Below are positions 1 through 11,400 of a stretch of 64,000 nucleotides of DNA, piece after piece. Under the pieces are notes generated by a model. The model had not been told where the DNA came from, made no database searches, and worked only from the letters and a program-made list of their open reading frames with translations. The position numbers and the translations under genes are program-made. The stretch comes from Setoptus koraiensis. Its lineage: Eukaryota; Animalia; Arthropoda. The stretch lies in assembly GCA_048013815.1 (NCBI GenBank), contig CM106585.1, forward strand, positions 5,580,001 to 5,644,000, read 5' to 3'. Within the stretch, counting starts at the first letter, position 1; each line of letters opens with the position of its first letter.

Positions 1-124
1 TCGATTTCAACGAAACTTTCACAAAGAGTATCTGAGAGGATTCTTCACTCGCAGAATGCCTCTTGGCATCTGACAATCTCTTGACGGCGTTTAAAATTAG
101 ACATCGAAATGCCAATACCAATTC

Positions 125-450
125 AAAAATAAAACAAGCTTCTCGATCTGGAGTGTAAATAGTGAGAGGTACGCACCGAGACCCCTCAGTCGTTTTAGAG
201 GCGAGTTTTAAGTTGCACAGGAAAAATGTTTCCATAATATATCGGAATTCCAGACACAATTTAAAAATAGACTTCCAAGTACAACTTTAAAATATAATAG
301 TCTTCTCGATCTCTAGCATGAATAGCGACACATATGAACCTCGAAGCCCCAGTCACTGCAACTAGAAAGGTAAGCTTCCTTTGCACGATAGATATTTTTC
401 CAACAAATTCTAACAAAATTCAAGTCACAGAGAAAGCGCCTTTCCAGTTA
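125..450 (+). repeat. Degenerate two-unit tandem repeat (~163 bp period), possibly decayed coding sequence
   Basis: CTTCTCGATCT occurs at 139 and 302, followed by co-linear matches (AATAG-GA, CAGTC, TTGCAC, TTTCCA, AATTC-AG). The units translate to FSIWSVNSERYAPRPLS and FSISSMNSDTYEPRSPS, with stops. Confidence 0.5.
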
Positions 451-504
451 ATTTGTGAACAGAACTCGCATCAAATATAAAAATTAGAAGCTCTGAACGG
501 CAAA

Positions 505-1995
505 ATGGCTTAACTGAAACTTCTCGCTATTGTCTACGTGATATGTGCTTGTTTAAATTACTCTTCTGACGCCGAAGCTATCTTTGAAGTCAGCAAAGAG
601 AAATGTGTCTCCTCGGTGAAAGCAATGGACACGATTCCTGCATTTCTGCAGTTTGCAGAGATGACGCTCGAAAAAGATAACGCGGATGGATTGAGCGAAG
701 AAAAGAGCGCGATTCTCAACAGGTGTATTCGCAGTGTAAATGGTTTCGATGATATCCGGGCGTTGAAGGAAATAGTCCAACAAGCTGGCACGCGTCATTC
801 TGTGTGCGAGCCAGACTTTGCGGATGAATTGTTGCAATTTCACAAACAGATAAAAGCCAATGCCAGTCATGGTAAATATTTCAAACGTATACAAAGGAAT
901 AGATTGGCTCGCTTTTTCCGACTTCTAGCAGGCCAAGTTGCTCTGACTTGTAAGAAATCTTTGGCGCAAAAACTACAATCAGCAGAGAATAGTAATCCTG
1001 ATCTGGTCGAAAGTCTAGACAGAGCGATTGCTATGTCAGAGGCTAAAAAGACAAAACTTGATGAAAGCCAGATAAAGGATCTTTCTAAAAGCACGCGCAA
1101 GCTGCTGAGTATTGCCATGAAATATGCCCCCAATGTGTTTACAAAAGTAGAAAATCTCATACTGACTGAATCACTGAAACCCACACCAGATTCTGAGTTT
1201 TCCATGGCTTTGACATTGAATACACCGAGTATGGTAGACGAGTTTGTAGCAACCAGAAAGGCGTGCAACCTTATTGAAGAATTCGCACAGAGCTCGATAT
1301 ACACGATTTCTCGGTTGGCCTGGAAGGGCTATTTGGCCCGAAACGATGCTGAAAGCTTAGATAGAAGCCTGAGCAGCGATCCAGTGGTTCAGAAATGGAT
1401 CAAAGCCGTTCAATTCTGTCAAGGTGTTCTGCTCGTAGAAGCCAAAGTCGATTTAGAGGAAGATGTGAGGGAAAAAATGGACCAAGGGATGTTGAATGAC
1501 GAAAATTTATTCACTGTCAGCCTGGACAAGAAAACTAAATCGAGGCGACCGGTGCACAAATTCGAGCAAGCTGACAATTTCAACTCGTTCGATGCGGATA
1601 TCGAATGTTTCACCCAAACAAGCGGCGTCACCGGATGGCTGCAGCGACGCTTGGGTAGCAAGGCCGAACTCGCAGTGTCCCAACTATTCAAAGTCAATGT
1701 TCTCGACGAATCAATTAAGCAATCGTTGGCGGAAGATCAGGATGACCCCGAAGGTGCAGTTCAATTCGCCTCCGCTGTAGGCCACGGTGGTGTTGCAGGA
1801 CATTTTGCTCATCCAATTGCAACACATGCCACTCACATCGCTCATCATTCCCATAAGTACCTGGGTTTTAGCAAAGGTGGTTTGATAGCCTTCGTTGTTA
1901 TTATGGGCCTTTTTGTTGCTTTTTTGGTTTACATCTTTTTCAAGTCAGGAGCACACAAGGACGAAAGCACTTACCGTTTTCTCATGGGCCATTGA
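505..1995 (+). CDS. Orphan secreted/type-I membrane protein (496 aa if repaired), with in-frame TAA at codon 3; possible pseudogene or sequence error
   Basis: caaaATGG at 505, then GCT-TAA(511-513)-CTG AAA CTT..., in frame with ORF 538..1995. This gives a signal-peptide-like MA*LKLLAIVYVICACLNYSSDA, a helical Cys-bearing ectodomain, a His-rich segment, a TM helix GLIAFVVIMGLFVAFLVYIFF and the tail ...TYRFLMGH. No family recognised. Confidence 0.6.
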
Positions 1996-2292
1996 TATGG
2001 GCCAGCAGCATGGAATACTGGACCGAAAGATTTCCACCAATAATGAATTTGAAAATCTGTCTGATTCATGTTATGATGCATTATGGTCAAATAAAAAAAA
2101 CGAGGTCTCATTCGGCGCCCATGTATCTATTTATACCGCAGCTTATTCTCATCTGTTGATTAAACTCGGCGAAGGTGCTTCGATATGTATGGCTGATTTC
2201 GATTGCTTGGATAGTTAGTTGTTAGTTAGTTTTTTGATCTCTAGCGTAATAAATACAGCGAGATCTATCAATCACCGGAAAGTTCCATAACA

Positions 2293-2508
2293 GTGAGCGA
2301 AAGCCACGGTGGTGTTGCAGGACATTTTGGTCATCCAATCGCAACTCACATCGCTCATCATTCTCATCATTTCCTGGGTCTTGGCAAAGGTGGTTTGATA
2401 GCTTCGATTGTTCTTCTGGCCATTATTGTGTCAGCCGTGGTTTACATGTTTATCAAAACAAACGCTGGTGCAGACGACGACGCTTACCGTTTCCTCAGAG
2501 GCCATTAA
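2293..2508 (+). other. Diverged duplicate of the His-rich/TM/tail module of the upstream gene (alternative last exon or paralogue remnant)
   Basis: GCCACGGTGGTGTTGCAGGACATTTTG is shared with 1781-1807. The frame is open for 71 codons: HGGVAGHFGHPIATHIAHHSH, TM helix, YRFLRGH*. A CAG at 2291-2293 could be an acceptor. Confidence 0.75.
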
Positions 2509-2827
2509 TAGATTTTCATCAGGGCAGGTGTATTCGTTTGTGGTGAACGGACGCACAATGTCGCAGTCGTGATGCAGTTAATTCTTCATTATGTGTTCAA
2601 TCTTACGCACGCAGAAAATATAATAAATACAAAATACGAATTGATGTTGAGCGCTTCATTTGACACTCTTTTATTGCCCATTGGCCCGATACTTACTTAA
2701 CACAACTGATAATTGGATTAATCAAAATTCACGATGGCAACACATACGTGCAAATAAAACGAAACACAAACCGAATTCGTCGATCAATTCAAGTCGTATT
2801 TCGCTTGACTCGCCCGTATGTAGATGA

Positions 2828-4310
2828 TTGTTATTTTATCGCCGTGGAGATATCAAATTGACGTATTTGCTTAATCTTGACATATCCCTGATGTCGAAGT
2901 CCAGGATTGTCGATCGCTCAAGAAACCGGAAAGCGCTGATACAGTCCTTTCTGGTTATCGGAGCAACTGAAAATCATAGCTATTATCGCAGTAATTGTAT
3001 GAATTCAAATTAATAAGTGATGAGAGTAATTAGTGATTTTGTTTTTATTGATTATGCAATGTCGATGAAAGTCAGTCACAAAAAATCATATTTGCACAAA
3101 GATCTACTACATGATGAGTACATACATATTTCGTTGCCGGAAATATTAGATCAGCCTAGGCCAATCACGTGCTCTCTGTCTCTAACCGAATACCGATATG
3201 GATAGGTCAACAGGCGTACTTGCACTAACTTATGTGCTTTGTAAAAAGTCTGAAACTTTGCATCGAGCCAATCACGCTGGGAAGAATCGCTTGGGGATGC
3301 TTGTTGCTATTGAAAAATCATCGATCAGATCATCTTCTGTTGATGACTTCTGAAATTTGTTCACCTGACCTTGAACAAAGAAGCAGACTGAGAGGCGCGT
3401 GCATTTTAAGCGTTTCGTGAATTAAATTGCATCTTTTCGCGAGGAGAATCAAAATTTGATACGATTGTAACTACATACATAAATGCATAGCGCTAATCAG
3501 TAGTGAACTGGATTGCTTTTGGTGTCAGTACAAATGTACTAGTACTAGTAGAACTTAATACAAGCTATGGGTGTCCCTGCAATAACTATCTATCAGAAAG
3601 AGCTTATCATTTTATCTTATCATTTTCTCCCATGGTAGATCTCTCACATATTTAATACCTAATTTAGATTTTGTCGACCTTAGGCATCATATAATATCAG
3701 AGCGTGATATTGTGAACATCAATTCTGCGTCAGGGCATTTCGATGGACACCAATGTGACATCAAGGAACGCTCACAGAATATATTTGGACCCCAACCACT
3801 TGCTTGATTTTCAATTTGAGGAGTGCGAAAATCATCTCACGTAAGCGATAAATCAGTACATCTGGCGAGAGTTTATTATCCCTCAGATAGTGATTTGGCA
3901 AAGCCAGATGAGACGTGACAAGGCGATGATATTAGTTCAACTTGAATTGAAAATTCAGCAAGAGATTGCGGGTTCAAATATATTCTCAGAGCGCCCGACT
4001 TTCTTGATGTAATCTTGATGTTTTTCCAAATGAACCGTCCGCAGATTGAGGAGCAGAAATGGACTTTCGTGGCCGAAGCAGACGATTGTTTCGACGATTG
4101 AAAAGTAACTTTTGGACTTTTCAAAACTCGCGCGCCTACCTTGCAAGGCCGCCTACACCATTGGAGTCGGGTTTGCATTTTGAGACATCCGCATCGAAAG
4201 TTTGTGCTATATTTGACTGTACAAAGTTGACTTACGCACATGGTATCACATGGATTTGCGTGGAGTGATTGTCCATCAGATGACCAATATTTACAAATCC
4301 GTTATATGTA
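2828..4310 (+). pseudogene. Decayed orphan reading frame(s)
   Basis: 2828-3205 is one frame broken by TAA-TAA. 3661-4310 is one continuous frame (NLDFVDLRHH...VHLARVYYPSDSD...QYLQIRYM) with scattered TGA stops and an open antisense shadow (3876..4241). No microsatellites; family unknown. Confidence 0.4.
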
Positions 4311-4478
4311 ACCAGCCAACCTGTAAGTACTACCTGTACAACTGTCAATCGGACTTGTTGAAGATTCTTTTGTCATTGGTCACTCCTAATACAGCCCGCT
4401 CTCTGTGTGATAATAAGCGATAGATCCTGTCTCATAGACTATTATTATTCAATATCCATTCAGATAGATACCATCATA

Positions 4479-7400
4479 ATGACAAAGCTACAATTAGAAG
4501 ACGACGTTTCCGCTGTCATCGAGGATACTTGTACCACGCTCAATGTCAAGCTCGACAGCTCGTTATGTTTGAAAGTTTTGGACAATCTAAAAAAGACTTA
4601 TAATGACCAGGAACTGCGCGAAGCCACTGCCAAGACTTGCAGATACCTTTTGCTCAAGTACCTGGACAAAGCAAACGAATTCTATGAAAAAATCATAGAC
4701 ATGTACACAAAGGCCTATCAACAGTCGGAGCCTAAAATGGATAATTTAGGACGAAAAAAGATCAACCCAAACAAAGATGGAACCTCGGACTTGCGCCTAA
4801 CGCTCGCTAGGATACTTACAGTTTCAGCCAAGGCAGTGCCATTGAAATCCGTCTCTAAATTAGTTCCATTTTATGTGCCGGCCGCCGTTGCCGATAGAAA
4901 CACCCTAGTCCAAAGTTGCATGGTTGAGGCGGCCATCGCCTTAATTAACGAACATGGCGGCAAAAAGACCCAATTCATGATGTCCACCTTCCAGACCTTC
5001 ATGACCAAGGCACCCAAAACCCCAGAGAATGACATTATTAGGAAGAACGTGATTGTTTTGATAGGAAATCTGGCAAGGCATCTGAGCAAGGACGACGATC
5101 AAGTTAAAGCTATTATCTCGCAGCTGCTAGAGGCCCTATCAACCCCTTCACAGATCGTCCAAGAGGCGGTGGCCAATTGTTTTCCACCATTGGTCGAAAG
5201 TTATAGAAAAGACGCAACTAAAATCATCAAAGATCTTTCTAAAACTTTATATGATTCTACTAATTATGGAGAACGTAAAGGAGCCGCTTATGGGATTGCT
5301 GGTATCGCCAGGGGCTTAGGTATGCCGGCTATCAGGCAACAGACTGTAGCTCTCAAGAAGAACATTCAAGACTCAAAAACAAACAGGCGAGTAGGCGCTC
5401 TGATCGGTATAGAGGTGTTCGTTCTCATGCTGAATAGGCTTTTTGAGCCATTCATTGTGCAATTACTTCCCCATCTTTTGACATGTTATGGAGATACAGT
5501 GACTAGTGTTAGGCAGGCAACGGAGGATACATCGCGTACAATAATGAGCAGATTATCTGCTACAGGAGTCAGATTGATATTACCCGCCCTACTCAAGGCA
5601 ATTGATCAAGATGCCTGGAGAACCAAAGTTGGATCTGTCCAATTGCTAGCATCTATGGGAAACTGTGCTCCAAAGCAACTGTCGTCATGTTTGCCGTCGA
5701 TAGTTCCAAAGATTATACAAGTTCTGAACGACTCACACATGAAAGTTCAAGAAGCCTCCACAAGTGCCCTCAAACAGATTTGTTCTGTTATCAGAAATCC
5801 AGAGATAGCATCTATGTCTTCAGTGCTGATGAGAGCGTTGCAAGACCCAGCTAACTCAACCACCGAATGTCTTCTGGCCTTGAGTAAATTGGAATTCAAA
5901 CACTATATAGACACCGCATCTCTTTCTTTGATAATGCCAGTGATGCAACGTGGCTTTAAGGAAAGGTCATCAGAAACTCGCAAATTGGCCGCTCAAATTA
6001 TAGGCGCTTTATATCTTTTAACAGATCAAAGAGACTTGGATCCCTACCTCGCTTCTGTGATACCTGGAATCAAAACCTCAATTTTGGATCCTGCTCCTGA
6101 TGTTAGATCGGCGACGGCTAGCGCTATGGGAGCTATGGTGCGAGGTTCAGGTGAAGATGTCATTGTAGAATTGATGCCATGGTTGCTTGAAACTTTAACC
6201 TGCAAAAACAGTCAAGTGGACCGATCTGGAGCAGCTCAAGCCATAAGCGAGGTCATTGGAGGGCTTGGAATATCTAAGCTGGATCATTTCATGGAACAGA
6301 TTATTACCACCGTTGAGAAACCAGATTTGGAGCCACATGTCAAAGACGGTTACCTCATGCTATTCATCTATTTCCCAATAGTATTCAAACAAGATTTCGT
6401 TCCATACATTGGTCTGATAGTAGCTCCTGTATTGCGAGGTCTAACTGAAGAAGTGGAATATGTTAGAGAAACAGCTCTATTGGCAGGTCAAAGAATAGTC
6501 AATATGTACGCTGAGTCAGCAATCGAGCTGGTTCTTCCAGAGCTAGAAACGGGAATATTCGATGATAACTGGAGAATAAGGCATAGCTCTGTGCAACTTA
6601 TTGGTGATCTCCTGTATAAAATATCCGGTGTCTCTAACAAAGCATACACAGACGCTGCTGGTGAGGATGAAATAAGTGACGATCAAGCTGAACAAGCTAT
6701 CATGGCCACTTTAGGTCTCGAGCGACGCAACAGGATACTCTCTGGTATATACATGTGCAGATCAGATGTAAGCCAAGAGGTCAAATATGCTGCACTCCAT
6801 ATCTGGAAGATGATAGTTAGCAATACACCCAGAACTCTGAGAGAAATTCTCCCTACACTGTTTGGTATGCTATTGGGATGTCTTGCGTGCAGCAGCGTAG
6901 AGAAGCAACAGATAGCTGCTAGAACTCTTGGTGATCTTGTAAGGAAACTCGGTGAACGAGTTCTGCCAGAAATAATACCTATTTTAGAGGAGGAATTAAA
7001 ATCGGATAAAGTCGAGCAACGCCAAGGTGTCTGTATTGGACTCAGCGAAATAATCGCATCAACAAGTCGTGACATGGTGGCAACATTCACTGCTTCACTT
7101 GTACCTACAGTTAGAAAGGCCTTGCATGATCCCCTACCGGAAGTTAGAGAGGCTGCTGCGAAAATCTTTGACAGCCTTCATTCATCTGTTGGATCCAGGG
7201 CCTTGGACGAAATTTTGCCACATCTTATAAAACAACTAAACGATCCTGTCATCGGAGAGTACACATTAGATGGCATAAAACGAATGATGACCATAAAAAA
7301 CCGTGTAGTCCTCCCATATATACTACCTTATTTAACTGACCACCAACCTGTCAATACTAAAGCTCTCGCATTGATCTCACCCGTGGCAGGTGAAGCAATG

Positions 7401-8351
7401 ACCAAACATTTGAACAAAGTCCTTCCTGCTGTCACCATAACCCTGAGCAAAAGGTTGGATACTCGTGATGAGAAGCAAGAATCAAGAAATTGTCAGGCCA
7501 TCATATTGTCTATTGTCGATGAGCAAGGATCAATAACAGTAGTTGAGCAACTTTTACAGACATCTCGCCATTCAAATGTGATGATGCGTCGAGCTTCTCT
7601 GATACTTCTAAATGCATTCTGTCATCAATCAAAATCATTATTACAGAACCATATCAGTCAATTGCTTCGGGGGCTCATATTGGTGTACACTGATTCCAAT
7701 CAAGAGGTGCTCCAACTTGCTTTTGACTCACTTACATGTTTAATCAAGTCATTAGATCTCAAAGAAACAATTGAACTTATATCGGACGTTAGAAATGCTG
7801 TGAGATATGCAATTAGTGATATGAAAGCGATAACAAACTACCAGAAGGCTAAGGGTCAAGAACTTCTTCTACCTGGATTCTCTACCCCAAGCGGATTTTC
7901 GCCTATCTTGCCTATTTATCGTGAGACGCTTGTGAATGGTTCACCCGACAAGAAAGAGTTAGCAGCTAGCAGTTTATGTGAGATCATCGACTGTTCTAGT
8001 GCGGCTTCCGTCGAAGCAAGCACAATGAAAATTGGTGGCACAGTTATCAGGATACTCTATGATAGCATAATCAAAGAGCAATTGTGGAGCGTCAAGATAG
8101 CTCTTCTAGACACATTAATCAAACTTATGGTCAAAGTAGGACCTAAAATGCGTCCATTTATACCTCAATGTGAGCAAACTCTCAGAAAACTATTACAAGA
8201 TTATCACAGAGGTGTGCGACTCCGCACAGTTGAAGCCATGTCAAATCTGATATTGATAATTGATGCAAAATCAAATAAGCGCAACGCAGCAATCTGTAAA
8301 GAGTTGCAAATGCTGATTAGCCAAACTACTCAAGATGATTACGTCGGGTAG
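4479..8351 (+). CDS. GCN1: GCN1 (eIF2-alpha kinase GCN2 activator), HEAT repeats, 1290 aa, single coding exon, truncated at both ends
   Basis: Diagnostic motifs ERKGAAYGIAG, LFEPFIVQLLPHLLTCYGD, WRTKVGSVQLL, CAPKQLSSCLPSIVP, SNTPRTLREILPTLF, RQGVCIGLSEII. First ATG at 4479. Probable 5'-UTR intron 4323(GTAAGT)-4463(CAG). Confidence 0.96.
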   Translation: MTKLQLEDDVSAVIEDTCTTLNVKLDSSLCLKVLDNLKKTYNDQELREATAKTCRYLLLKYLDKANEFYEKIIDMYTKAYQQSEPKMDNLGRKKINPNKDGTSDLRLTLARILTVSAKAVPLKSVSKLVPFYVPAAVADRNTLVQSCMVEAAIALINEHGGKKTQFMMSTFQTFMTKAPKTPENDIIRKNVIVLIGNLARHLSKDDDQVKAIISQLLEALSTPSQIVQEAVANCFPPLVESYRKDATKIIKDLSKTLYDSTNYGERKGAAYGIAGIARGLGMPAIRQQTVALKKNIQDSKTNRRVGALIGIEVFVLMLNRLFEPFIVQLLPHLLTCYGDTVTSVRQATEDTSRTIMSRLSATGVRLILPALLKAIDQDAWRTKVGSVQLLASMGNCAPKQLSSCLPSIVPKIIQVLNDSHMKVQEASTSALKQICSVIRNPEIASMSSVLMRALQDPANSTTECLLALSKLEFKHYIDTASLSLIMPVMQRGFKERSSETRKLAAQIIGALYLLTDQRDLDPYLASVIPGIKTSILDPAPDVRSATASAMGAMVRGSGEDVIVELMPWLLETLTCKNSQVDRSGAAQAISEVIGGLGISKLDHFMEQIITTVEKPDLEPHVKDGYLMLFIYFPIVFKQDFVPYIGLIVAPVLRGLTEEVEYVRETALLAGQRIVNMYAESAIELVLPELETGIFDDNWRIRHSSVQLIGDLLYKISGVSNKAYTDAAGEDEISDDQAEQAIMATLGLERRNRILSGIYMCRSDVSQEVKYAALHIWKMIVSNTPRTLREILPTLFGMLLGCLACSSVEKQQIAARTLGDLVRKLGERVLPEIIPILEEELKSDKVEQRQGVCIGLSEIIASTSRDMVATFTASLVPTVRKALHDPLPEVREAAAKIFDSLHSSVGSRALDEILPHLIKQLNDPVIGEYTLDGIKRMMTIKNRVVLPYILPYLTDHQPVNTKALALISPVAGEAMTKHLNKVLPAVTITLSKRLDTRDEKQESRNCQAIILSIVDEQGSITVVEQLLQTSRHSNVMMRRASLILLNAFCHQSKSLLQNHISQLLRGLILVYTDSNQEVLQLAFDSLTCLIKSLDLKETIELISDVRNAVRYAISDMKAITNYQKAKGQELLLPGFSTPSGFSPILPIYRETLVNGSPDKKELAASSLCEIIDCSSAASVEASTMKIGGTVIRILYDSIIKEQLWSVKIALLDTLIKLMVKVGPKMRPFIPQCEQTLRKLLQDYHRGVRLRTVEAMSNLILIIDAKSNKRNAAICKELQMLISQTTQDDYVG

Positions 8352-8494
8352 TTAATTTATTAAGTTAAAATTTCTTTAATTGGGGTCGCATGGAATAAGT
8401 TAGCTAAGTCGATAGTCTAAGACCTACGACCGCCAAGACAATATTGGAGAATTTATAATAAAATACAGCACTTTAAGTTGAGAATTTCTGTTCT

Positions 8495-11400
8495 TCAATT
8501 GATAAGTGTTTCACCGGTAAGTCCATTCCTTTGAAAGTATTCACCACTGGGTTTTACTAGTCTGTTCCGTTGACTACCCAGTGACTGCGATTGAGGTTGA
8601 TGATAGTCAATCAATGGAATGGCCTTGGGTGACCTATGTCCGGCTAAATTATATCGGCTTAGAAGCTGGAAATACGAACCCGCGCCGCGAGGGCCTTGAG
8701 TTGAGAAAGGTGGGATAGATGGGGTAGAGGAAGTTGCGGGAGAACTACCACCAGCCGAAAGACTGACGCTTGATGGCTGTAAACTTGGAGAGACACTTGT
8801 AGATAACACTTGGATCGCGGAAACAGTTGATGCGGGCATTTGAGTGGCTGCCATCAATCTGTCTCTCTTTTGCCTGTAGGGTGTCACATTGTCCAAGGTT
8901 GCTTGAATGTTTGAGTTGGTCAAAGGATTTTGTTGCGAATGAAAGTGATTACCCGTCAAGCTGTTTATCCAACTTCTGTAAATCGGCACTTTGTTGTGAT
9001 GTAATTTAGGTGCTCTTGATTGTTGCGTTTGACCGGTGTACTTATTGAACGAAGAGAACAATCTTCGAGCTTGTTGCAGGTGCATGTGCTGGGAAGTAGG
9101 AAAGCTCTGTTGTTGCTGTTGTTGCAGTTGATGTTGTTGCTGGAATTGTAGACGCTGTTGATGAGCTTGACGATGATTGTTCATCGAATACAAGGATTGC
9201 TGTTGATTGTTATCGTCATGCGCCAGATTATCTGCATCAGGCAGATTCTTGCTATTCAACATCGAGGGTGTTGATTGTTGCTGTTGAGCAGACGATAAAG
9301 AATCTACAGGGGCTGCAACTTCATTAGCTTGTTGCTTAATTTTATTATTATTGATGATGATAGATGGAGCGTAAGATGAAGTTACTTGTGGCTGATGGTG
9401 AATCTCTTGATTATTATGTTTAGTTGATATTGAGGCTAATTGTTTTTGAGTTTGTTGTTCTCTAGGTAGTGAAACAATTTGTTGATGGTTCGGCTGACTT
9501 AGTTGAGCCTTGTCTTGCGGTTGCAGGGCATTAATTTGAATATCACTGAGTTGCTTCGTATCATCTACAAGATAGCTAGTTTTAGCATCATTAGAGACAG
9601 TTTTTGCTATGTTTTGCTGTGACGAATTCTCTTCATCCCTGGCATCCCCTGTAGAAGCCGGATCACCTTTGCTAATTCGGCCATTACCATTGGCACCACC
9701 ACTGCCACTATTAATACTACTGACAGCCGATGATGAAGTCATAAGCTCGGCAACAGGCGCGACCGAGCTAGTGGAAAGTTGTTGTTGTTGCTGTTGTTGC
9801 ATACCTAATAGGCGATTTATGTCTTCTAGTTCCCTTGTTGCAAACAAGCCAGTAGTGTAGTTTTGATTGTGACTTTCAATGGGAGTGTTGTCAGAGCTTT
9901 GTTCTACAGCACCGGCGACACCGGCAGGTAAATAATGTTTTACAATTGACGAAGAGGTCAGGCTGTCAGATCTATCATTGTTGTTCGGCAATGGTGTTTC
10001 ATATACACCATATGTTTCCACGGCAGCATCACTAATCAATGCCTCTACATTTGGTAGTAACAGTGTTTCATTCACTAGCGACGAAACTGCCATGGTGGGC
10101 ATAATAGTTGTGGTGGTTGTAGTACTAGAAGGTTGAGTTGAATTTACGATAGTTGTGGTTGAGACAGTGGTGGGGTAGACACAGTTGAATTCATCGCTTC
10201 CATCTTTACAATCCATTTGTTGATCGCATCTCCATATTTCTACATTGATGAATGGAATTTTGGTATTAGAAGATGAGAACGATATCAGATGATTAGAGCT
10301 TGATCAATAGCACAAGTCAATTTATAATTCAATTAACTTCCTATCGTAGCACTCATCATAAACAAATCGATCAATGATGATACTTACTTGGTATACAGAT
10401 GCCGTTATCACATTTGAAATCGTTTTCCGAACATTCTATGATCAGTAAGTTAGTTATGTGATTCGGGGAAGAGACAAATATAACAACGGCTATTACTATC
10501 AGACTCTAGCTAGCGGCTATTAAAAGGATGCCGTTATAAAATAAACTAGAAATCGACGTGAAACAAGATTCGGTACACATTTTGTCATCGAAATTACCTT
10601 TTTGGCTGCACTGTTGCTCATCTGAACCGTCTCGGCACTCTGCTTTGCCGTCGCAAACCCATCTCTATATATTTTTTTTACAAGAGAATAGCAAAAATGT
10701 ATCATGAGGAGGTATATCGAAAGGGTGAAAGAGGTTGAGTAAGTGAGTACGATTTTTCATCCATTAATCATTGCTATTATGAGAATATTCTAAATATATG
10801 ATATTAAACGAATGATCGCTCCTCCATTTTACCTTTGGTATACATCCATTACCGTCTGCACATCTGAACCTATCTGGTCCACATTGTGGCTTGGCATCGC
10901 ATGATTCTTCATCGCTTCCATCTAGAAGAGAGCAACGGAGAGTTGCATACATCACGAAGAAAAGAATTGATTTATATTAGTCGAGTTGGTGCGTTTTAAT
11001 AACTCATCGAGAAAACTCTCTAATCATAATGAAAACAACTGAGAACAACAAATGTATGATGATCAGGGCCAGATCATACAATCTTTAGAGAGTGTTACAT
11101 ATCTGCCATAGATTGATAAATGGTTTTAACATTCTGGGGTGAGACAGCGTATAGAATCCATTCCATGTGATTGGATCTTCATCAAGTCACAACTTGTTGC
11201 ATTGACCAAAACCAGTAGGCCATTACTAATAGTGATGATCATGCTAGTGGCAATATCAACAGTGATGACCATCATCATCGTCGAAATGATGTCTAGGCTA
11301 TTCCATGAAAGCCCAAAGTCATAGATGAAGCATAGATTATGAGCGTACATGATGATTGCAAACTAACAGTTACATGTTAGTCGGTGATATAAAAAATAAA

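Noticed and set aside
2828-4310. Upstream broken frames as the missing GCN1 N-terminal half
   Set aside because: The translations are not HEAT-repeat-like, contain stops, and are too short to supply ~1200 aa.
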